This document shows positions 36,174-43,100 of a DNA stretch of 64,000 nucleotides, in pieces. The stretch is from positions 256,246,001 to 256,310,000 of the forward strand of contig NC_067403.1 in NCBI RefSeq assembly GCF_016432865.1. Direction: 5' to 3'. Position numbers and translations under genes: made by a program. Numbering within the stretch: the first letter of the stretch is position 1; each line of letters starts with the position of its first letter. Origin of the DNA: Antechinus flavipes. Lineage: Eukaryota. The notes beneath the pieces are model-generated. The model saw only the letters and a program-made list of their open reading frames with translations. It had not been told where the DNA came from and did not search any database.

Positions 36174-38807
36174 CTATTCCCCTTCAGGCTCCTTCTCCCC
36201 CTCTCCCCCTTCAGGTTCCTTCTCCCCTTCTCCCCCTTCAGGTTCCTTCTCCCCCTCTCCCCCTTCAGGCTCCTTCTCCCCTTCTCCCCCTTCAGGCTCC
36301 TTCTCCCCCTCTCCCCCTTCAGGCTCCTTCTCCCCCTCTTCCTCTTTCTCCCCGCCTTGAAGGACTTCCTTCTTTTCCTCAGCCCCTTGACCAGGCTGCT
36401 CTCCTTCCATCATTTCTTGGGCTTTTACAGGGCTCGTCTTCCTGTTGGCTTCTTCTCCTTCGTTGGCTATGTCGGCTGTGTTATCCATGGCGTTCTCAAA
36501 GTTGGTTTCTGAGAATTGTGTCTTACTCTTTTCGGTAGGGTTACCTTCCTCAGCAGATAATGATTTTTTCTTTTCGTAACCTTCTGACCCTTCTTCTTTT
36601 GGAAGTGTCTCAGTCATTTCCTCGTCTTTGCTCTTTGCGACCCCTTCAATCACCAGCCATAAGGCTTTGCCGTGGTCCAGGGGCTCATCACCTTCAGGAG
36701 TCTTCACATCTAGAGTCTGCTCATCTTCTGTGGCCAGAAGCTGATCAAGTTCTGCTCCTGAGGTCAGCTCCCCTTCTGTTCCTGAGGTCAGCTGGCCTTC
36801 TAGCGTGGAGGTCAGCTCCTCTTCTGCCCCTGGAGTCACCTGGCCTTCTGGCCCAGAAGTCAGCTCGTCTTCTGCCACTGAGGCCTGCTGGCCTTCTGCC
36901 TCTGAGGTCAGCTCACCTTCTGCCGCTGAGGCCTGCTGGCCTTCTGCCTCTGAGGTCAGCTCCTCTTCTGCTCCTGGGGTCACCTGGCCTTCTGCCTCTG
37001 AGGTCAGCTCCTCTTCTGCTCCTGGGGTCACCTGGCCTTCCAGCCCAGAGGTCAGCTCGTCTTCTGCCACTGAGGCCTGCTGGCCTTCTGCCTCTGAGGT
37101 CAGCTCACCTTCTGCCGCTGAGGCCTGCTGGCCTTCTGCCTCTGAGGTCAGCTCACCTTCTGCCCCTGAGATCTGCTGGCCTTCTGCTTCTGAGGTCAAC
37201 TGGCCTTCTGGCCCTGAGATCTGCTGGCCTTCTGCTTCTGAGGTCAACTGGCCTTCTGGCCCTGAGATCTGCTGGGCTTCTTGCTCTGAGGTCAGATCCT
37301 CTTCTGCCTCTGAGGTCGGCTGCTCTTCTGAGGTTTGTGGGCCTTCTGGCCCTGAGGTCTCCTCCCCTTCTGCTCCTGAGATCTCCTTGCCTTGGGCCTC
37401 TAAAATCTCCTCACCTTGGGCCTCTAAGATCTGCTTGCCTTCTGTCTCTGAGGTCTCCACTTCTACCCCTGAAGGGGGCTTGCTTTCTGACTCCGAGGTC
37501 TCAACCTGTACCCCTGGGGTCTGCCCTGCCCTGGAAGGCCGCCTGCTTTCTGACCTTGAGGGCCGCTTGCTTTCTGCCCCTGAGGGCCGCCTGCTTTCTG
37601 TTCCTGAGGGCCGCCTGCTTTCCGCAAGCGAGGGCCGCCTGCTCTCCGCAAGCGAGGACCTCCTGCTTTCCGCTAGTGAGGGCCGCCTGCTTTCCGCTAG
37701 TGAGGACCGCCTGCTTTCCGCAACCGAGGGCCGCCTGCTTTCCGCAACCGAGGGCCGCCTGCTTTCCCCTAGTGAGGGCCGCCTGTTTTCCGCAACGGTG
37801 GGCCTCCTGCTTTCCGCAACGGTGGGCCTCCTGCTTTCCGCAACGGTGGGCCTCCTGCTTTCCGCAACGGTGGGCCTCCTGCTTTCCGCAACGGTGGGCC
37901 TCCTGCTTTCCGCAACGGTGGGCCTCCTGCTTTCCGCAACGGTGGGCCTCCTGCTTTCCGCAACCGAGGGCAGCTTGCTTTCTACACCGGAGATATCCTC
38001 ACTTTCAGGGGCACCTTCTGCTCCTGAGGTTGGCTGGCTTGCCTCACGAGACAGTTTTCCTTCTGTAGCTGGAGTCTGCTCTCCTTCTACGCTCGAGGTC
38101 TTGTCAGGTTCAGTGGCGGGGGTCTTGTCGGGTTCAGTGGCGGGGGTCTTGTCGGGTTCAGTGGCGGGGGTCTTGTTGGGTTCAGTGGCGGGGGTCTTGT
38201 TGGGTTCAGTGGCGGGGGTCTTCTTGCTTTCTGACTTTGAAACCTTCCCTGGATGCCCCTCTTCTGCCTGGACAGCTTCAACCGTGGGGGGATGCCCTAT
38301 TGGCCCTGCAGCCCCAGCCTCAGGGGGATGATACCTTTCTTCTGGCCGGGCAGCCCCAGCCATCGGGGGATGCTTCCCTTTGGCCCTGGCAGCCTCCGGT
38401 GTCTTGATTTCTTGTGGCTGGCCGCCGCCCTCCTCTCCGCTGAGCTCCCGTCCGGCGGGGCCTTCGGTGGACTCCTTGGAAGCGGGTGAGGGCGGCGGGG
38501 GCGGCGGGGCTGCCGGCTGGGCCGAGACTTTTATTTGAGGCTTCAAGCTGTGGCCCCTCACCTGCAGCGGCTCCCAGCTGAACCACAGCCTCTGGTGCAG
38601 GATCTTCACGCATTTCCGGGACTTGGTGCCCCTGCCTGGGGATCGGGAATGGGTCGGGGTCGGAGACGGCGAGCGGGAGGACAGCTTCTTGACCTGCAGG
38701 GTGTCCCGGATGCTGTCGACCTCAGGGATGACGCTGGCCCACGGCGGCGCCTTTGGCCGCGTCCGGCCCTGCTGTCTGCTCGCCAAGCGGCGGCCCTTCA
38801 CCTGCAT
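36174..38807 (-). CDS. Uncharacterised low-complexity tandem-repeat protein (877 aa from the first in-frame ATG; frame open to 39287)
   Basis: 3.1 kb without a stop. Four repeat blocks, all with units that are multiples of 3 nt (24, 24, 24/48, 27). Protein-like unique segments (EGLTPQSWWSIDPW, KCVKILHQRLWFSW, LWLVIEGVAKSK). GC-box/NRF1 promoter directly upstream. The tracker's start at 39287 is TTG; the first ATG is at 38807. No family recognised. Confidence 0.75.
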   Translation of the reverse strand: MQVKGRRLASRQQGRTRPKAPPWASVIPEVDSIRDTLQVKKLSSRSPSPTPTHSRSPGRGTKSRKCVKILHQRLWFSWEPLQVRGHSLKPQIKVSAQPAAPPPPPPSPASKESTEGPAGRELSGEEGGGQPQEIKTPEAARAKGKHPPMAGAARPEERYHPPEAGAAGPIGHPPTVEAVQAEEGHPGKVSKSESKKTPATEPNKTPATEPNKTPATEPDKTPATEPDKTPATEPDKTSSVEGEQTPATEGKLSREASQPTSGAEGAPESEDISGVESKLPSVAESRRPTVAESRRPTVAESRRPTVAESRRPTVAESRRPTVAESRRPTVAESRRPTVAENRRPSLGESRRPSVAESRRPSVAESRRSSLAESRRPSLAESRRSSLAESRRPSLAESRRPSGTESRRPSGAESKRPSRSESRRPSRAGQTPGVQVETSESESKPPSGVEVETSETEGKQILEAQGEEILEAQGKEISGAEGEETSGPEGPQTSEEQPTSEAEEDLTSEQEAQQISGPEGQLTSEAEGQQISGPEGQLTSEAEGQQISGAEGELTSEAEGQQASAAEGELTSEAEGQQASVAEDELTSGLEGQVTPGAEEELTSEAEGQVTPGAEEELTSEAEGQQASAAEGELTSEAEGQQASVAEDELTSGPEGQVTPGAEEELTSTLEGQLTSGTEGELTSGAELDQLLATEDEQTLDVKTPEGDEPLDHGKALWLVIEGVAKSKDEEMTETLPKEEGSEGYEKKKSLSAEEGNPTEKSKTQFSETNFENAMDNTADIANEGEEANRKTSPVKAQEMMEGEQPGQGAEEKKEVLQGGEKEEEGEKEPEGGEGEKEPEGGEGEKEPEGGEGEKEPEGGEGEKEPEGGEGEKEPEGE
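36178..36345 (-). repeat. 27-nt coding repeat (EGGEGEKEP) about x6
   Basis: Unit ccccttcaggctccttctccccctctc on the + strand. Confidence 0.95.
36760..37400 (-). repeat. 24/48-nt coding repeat (LTSEAEGQ / QASAAEGE / VTPGAEEE)
   Basis: Recurrent ggccttctgcctctgaggtcagctc units with higher-order duplication. Confidence 0.9.
37533..37975 (-). repeat. 24-nt coding repeat RRP(S/T)xxES x18
   Basis: Seven identical gcaacggtgggcctcctgctttcc units (37792-37959) plus 11 diverged units. Confidence 0.95.
38098..38223 (-). repeat. 24-nt coding repeat KTPATEP(N/D) x5
   Basis: Unit ggttcagtggcgggggtcttgt(c/t)g. Confidence 0.95.
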
Positions 38808-39169
38808 CGGGACGCGGCGGCGGAGGTAGCCACGGGCGCGCGTCGAGGGCCGCAGGCCCGGCCGTTTGGCCCCCGGGGCCCAGGGTGAGGACTGCAACCA
38901 CGGGTCGATGCTCCACCAGCTCTGAGGGGTCAAGCCCTCCTCTTCCGCCGCCAGCCTGCGGCCCCACACGGCCACCCCCCGCTGCCGGACCGAAGCGCGG
39001 CGGCTGTAGCCTTGGTGCCGGCAGCTGGGGCCCGCATCCCAGCGCCAGGTGCCCACCTCCCCGCCCCAGGGCCATGGCCACACCCGCACCCAGGCCAGTC
39101 GGCCAGGCCTCCAGCCCAGGCACACCCTTATCCTCCACCCCGTCGCCTGCGCCCGCCCGCCCCGGCATC

Positions 39170-40102
39170 GGACCCGGCGACGCCCCCTCCCCCGCCCCAG
39201 CCCCAGCGCGCCCCCAGTCCCGCCCTTGCCCCGCCCCTGATCCGCCCGCGGACCCGCCCCTGGCCTCCCTGCCCTCCGCCAGCCCAAAGGCGTGGGGCTG
39301 GAGGGCGGAGGGGCGGCGCAGGCGCAGCAGCTCGAGGTCCGCTGCGCGCCCCGCCCCTGCGCCGAGGGGCGGGTCTACGCCTGCGCACCAGCTGCTCTGG
39401 GACGGCTCGGGGAGAAAGGCGAGTGAAGGGGCGGGGCAAGAGATGGGCCCTGGAGGCTGGGGAGACCCGGGACTGTTTCCGTTTTGTTATTCCATCTGAG
39501 CATCCCCAGCACCTAGTAGAGTGCACGACCATTAGTAGGTGCTTTATTGAGCACTGTTCATTAATGCTTGTGCAATGATTGGCGAGGAATGGGGGTAGGG
39601 CGCGAGAGAGGAGGGACGGAAAGAAGGGGATGGGGACTTAGCGGAAAAGAGCCTCGAGGCGTGGGAACCCTGCCTGTCCGGAGGGGGCAGCGCTCGGCCC
39701 CCAGCTCCTCTCTCTTCGGTTTCCCCCGCCCGCTAACTGCGACCTGCATTCCCCCTTAAGAGGCAGCGCCCGCTGCCGGGAAAGACGGCCAGACAGGCCA
39801 ATGGAAGCACGGAGGCCGGGCCCTCGGTCCATTCAGAGCGCATTGGGGGCGGAGCCTCGAGATCTACGCCTCTCTCTAAATTACTCTCTCGAGGGCAGGG
39901 GTGGAAGACTGGGCCGGCGCGGTCCCTGCAGGCTCCATTCATTCTTCATCAGAGCGGGGCGGGGTAGGAGGGCTGCAGGGGTGGCGAGAGTCTCCCAGGG
40001 CCGGGAAGGGGTCGAGGCGGACGAAGCGCCCAGGCGGCCAGAAGCTAGCCCTCGCCCTCCCTCTCGTAGGAGCAGGAGAGTGGAGGTGTCAGAGGACCAG
40101 TG
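39170..40102. promoter_or_regulatory. CpG-island bidirectional promoter between the repeat ORF (-) and SNX32 (+)
   Basis: Dense GGGCGG boxes at 39180-39430; NRF1-like GCGCAGGCGCA at 39316-39326 and CGCCTGCGCA at 39378-39387; CCAAT/ATTGG at 39578, 39798 and 39842. Confidence 0.65.
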
Positions 40103-43100
40103 ATGGAGGAGAATCCCGACCCCGGGGAGGAGCGCNNNNNNNNNNNNNNNNNNNNNNNNNNNNNNNNNNNNNNNNNNNNNNNNNNNNNNNNNNNNNNNNN
40201 NNNNNNNNNNNNNNNNNNNNNNNNNNNNNNNNNNNNNNNNNNNNNNNNNNNNNNNNNNNNNNNNNNNNNNNNNNNNNNNTATGGCTGTCAGATGCCTTGG
40301 CTGGGGCCCGGCTTCCAGGAAGGGTCCCTCGGGCTTTCAGAGAATGGGGAAGGGGCCCCTGAACAGGCAGTAGAGTGAGGGCCAGGGCAGCTCTCCGAGG
40401 GAAGGCGGGGATGGGGAGGTCACAGAAGACCGGGGCCATCACTAGCCCAAGCTCAGTTTACAGATGAGAGTCAGTGTGCTCAAAGCCAGGCAAGACGAAA
40501 TCAGCAGAGCCATGGTTGGGCCTCCACATCTCTGGCTCCAGGCCCTTTGCTCCTCCCTCCTCCTGAGTCAGTCACATCCTGAGGGAAATCCCTGAACTGA
40601 GTGGCCTACGGGACCCCAGGATCCCCCCCTCCCCCCCTCTTCTGCCTTCTCAGGCTGATCCCATGTGAGTGTCTGTGTGTGTCCATGTGTATCTGTGTGT
40701 GTGTGTCCGTGTGTGGTGTATGTGTGTCCATGTGTGTCCGTGTGTGTCCATGTGTGTCTCTGTATGTGTCCGTGTGTCCATGTGTATCTGTGTGAGTGTC
40801 TGTGTGTGTCCGTGTGGTGTATGTGTGTCCATGTGTGTCCGTGTGTGTCCATGTGTGTCTCTGTATGTGTCCGTGTGTCCATGTGTATCTGTGTGAGTGT
40901 CTGTGTGTGTCCGTGTGTGAGTGTCTGTGTGTCCGTGTGTGGTGTATGTGTGTCTCTGTGTGTGTCCGTGTGTGGTGTATGTGTGTCTGTGTGAGAGTGT
41001 GTGTGTGTCCATGTGTGTCCGTGTGAGAGTGTGTGTGTGTCCGTGTGTGGTGTATGTGTGTCCGTGTGTGTCCGTGTGTGTCCATGTGTGTCTGTGTGAG
41101 AGTGTGTGTGTCCGTGTGTGTCCATGTGTGTCTCTGTATGTGTCCGTGTGTCCATGCGTGTCCGTGTGTGAGTGTGTGTGTCCGTGTGTGGTGTATGTGT
41201 GTCCATGTGTGTCCGTGTGTCTCTGTATGTGTCCGTGTGTGAGTATCTGTGTGTCCGTGTGTGAGTATCCGTGTGTGTGTCCGTGTGTATGTCCATGTGT
41301 GAGTGTCTGTGTGTCCGTGTGTGGTGTATGTGTGTCCATGTGTGGTGTATGTGTGTCCATGTGTGGTGTATGTGTGTCCATGTGTGGTGTATGTGTGTCC
41401 ATGTGTGTCTGTGTGTGAGTATCCATGTGTGTGTCTGTGTGTGTGTCCGTGTGGACAGGCAGAGAGCAATGGCTGACAGCAGGCCCAGCTAGTCTCCAGG
41501 GACCCTGCCTTGCACTGACCGTCACAGAGAGAACAGACCCAGGGACTCGGGACACTGAGACAGGGAGGGCAGGAGAGAGGCGGTCTCCCGGTGGCTGCAG
41601 AAGTCAAAAACGTTCTCAGAGCAGGAGCACAAGTTGAGCGGCCTGAGCCTCCCCGGAGGAGACAGGAGCGCAGGGCCCTGGCGGGTCCCGTGGCGTGGAG
41701 TGCAATTGAAACCAGTCTGGCCCAACTAGAAGTTATTGAAGGCCCACGTAGGGTGCCGTTGTGGGGGGTCTTGGGGTCCTGCCCCTGGTGTGTTTCTGTC
41801 TGTGTGAAGAGGTCTGGGCCCTCTTAAGTTGCAGTGCAGCCCCCTGCTTGAGAGTAGTGGGGGGCGAGCCCCCCTTCTGTGGGCGGCTCTTTTCCATCCC
41901 TAATGAATGCCTTGGCTGGTGGGATTCCTTAGTCTGTCGGAGTGTTCCTCAAACCCCTGCCTGCCGTCCACGGCCTCCAGGTGAAAAGGAAGAGGCCAGT
42001 TGTTCCACCACAAGAGGACACCTGTCACCCCTCCCCTTGGGCCAGGGGTGCTCCCTCCCCCCCGCTGTCTTGGTCTCTGTCATGGAGGGGACTTGAAGGA
42101 AGAAGGAAGGATACCACCATCTGTGTCCCCCTTTTTGATTGGTAACCTTCACAGACACAGATCCTTATGGAAACCTTCCTGGTGGGTCTCAGGCTGATCA
42201 TACCCATTTCACAGATAGAGAAGGCTGACAGATGTGGAAAGGGAACTGCCCTGGAAGGCTTGGCTCCTGACAGTGAGCCTTTATTTATGTAGCTCCTTCA
42301 ATATGCTCTGCACTTTGACCTCCTATCTCTGGGGAGCCCCACCCCAGTGGTGTAAGGTGAACGACGCAGAGACCCCAGCTCCCCAGGCCAGTCTCTAGGA
42401 TCCAGGTCTCACCAGTTCCCTGCCTGAAAGCCAGCTTGCGCCCGGGCGGACAGCCAGCCTCCCGAGTGAGGGAAGGGGAGTCCTAGGAGCACGGGCCAGT
42501 TTCGTGTCCACTTCTGAAGGATGTTCTTGGATCGTTCTGGAGACTCGGGGCCACATGAGGGACTGGGGCAGGGGCAGTGAGGACGCGTGAGCTTAAGGAG
42601 ACACGAGAGCCCCAAAGTGGGGCGGGATCCGAGGTCCCCGCCCAGCCCCCACCGCTTTGGTGACCGTGGCCATGGGCCCCTCTGTAAAACCTGAGAGGGC
42701 CTTACTAAGGGCTTTGCTGCGAGGATTCTCGGGCCGCGGGGGAGCGGTGGGCAAGGAGGGCAGATGGGCCGGCCAGGGGCCCCGCCCCAGCGCCCCCTCC
42801 TCAGCCCCGCTGTTTCCGTGGGTCTGCAGGGAGATGGCGCCTTGCAGGTGGAGATCTCCGATGCTGTGAGTGAGAGGGACAAGGTGAAATTCACAGTTCA
42901 CACCAAGGTGAGGTCGTCACTCCCCCCCACAGAGACTGGTTCCGAGGTCAGGGGCCTCTAGGCCGGGCCTTGGGCCTCCTCCAACCGACCCGGGTTCTGG
43001 CTCCCCGAGCCCCATGGGGATTGTGGGAAGCATCCCAGAGCAGAGCATGGGGGAGGGGGGGAGGGTGCCCGAGGGGGGAGGCGAGGTGGCCAGGGCGCCT

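Noticed and set aside
36560-38331. Plus-strand ORFs of 502 and 508 aa
   Set aside because: Antisense shadows of the 24-nt coding repeats; they are confined to the repeat region, unlike the minus-strand frame.
40568-41607. His/Thr-rich and Cys/Val-rich ORFs of up to 333 aa
   Set aside because: Translations of the TG satellite in SNX32 intron 1.
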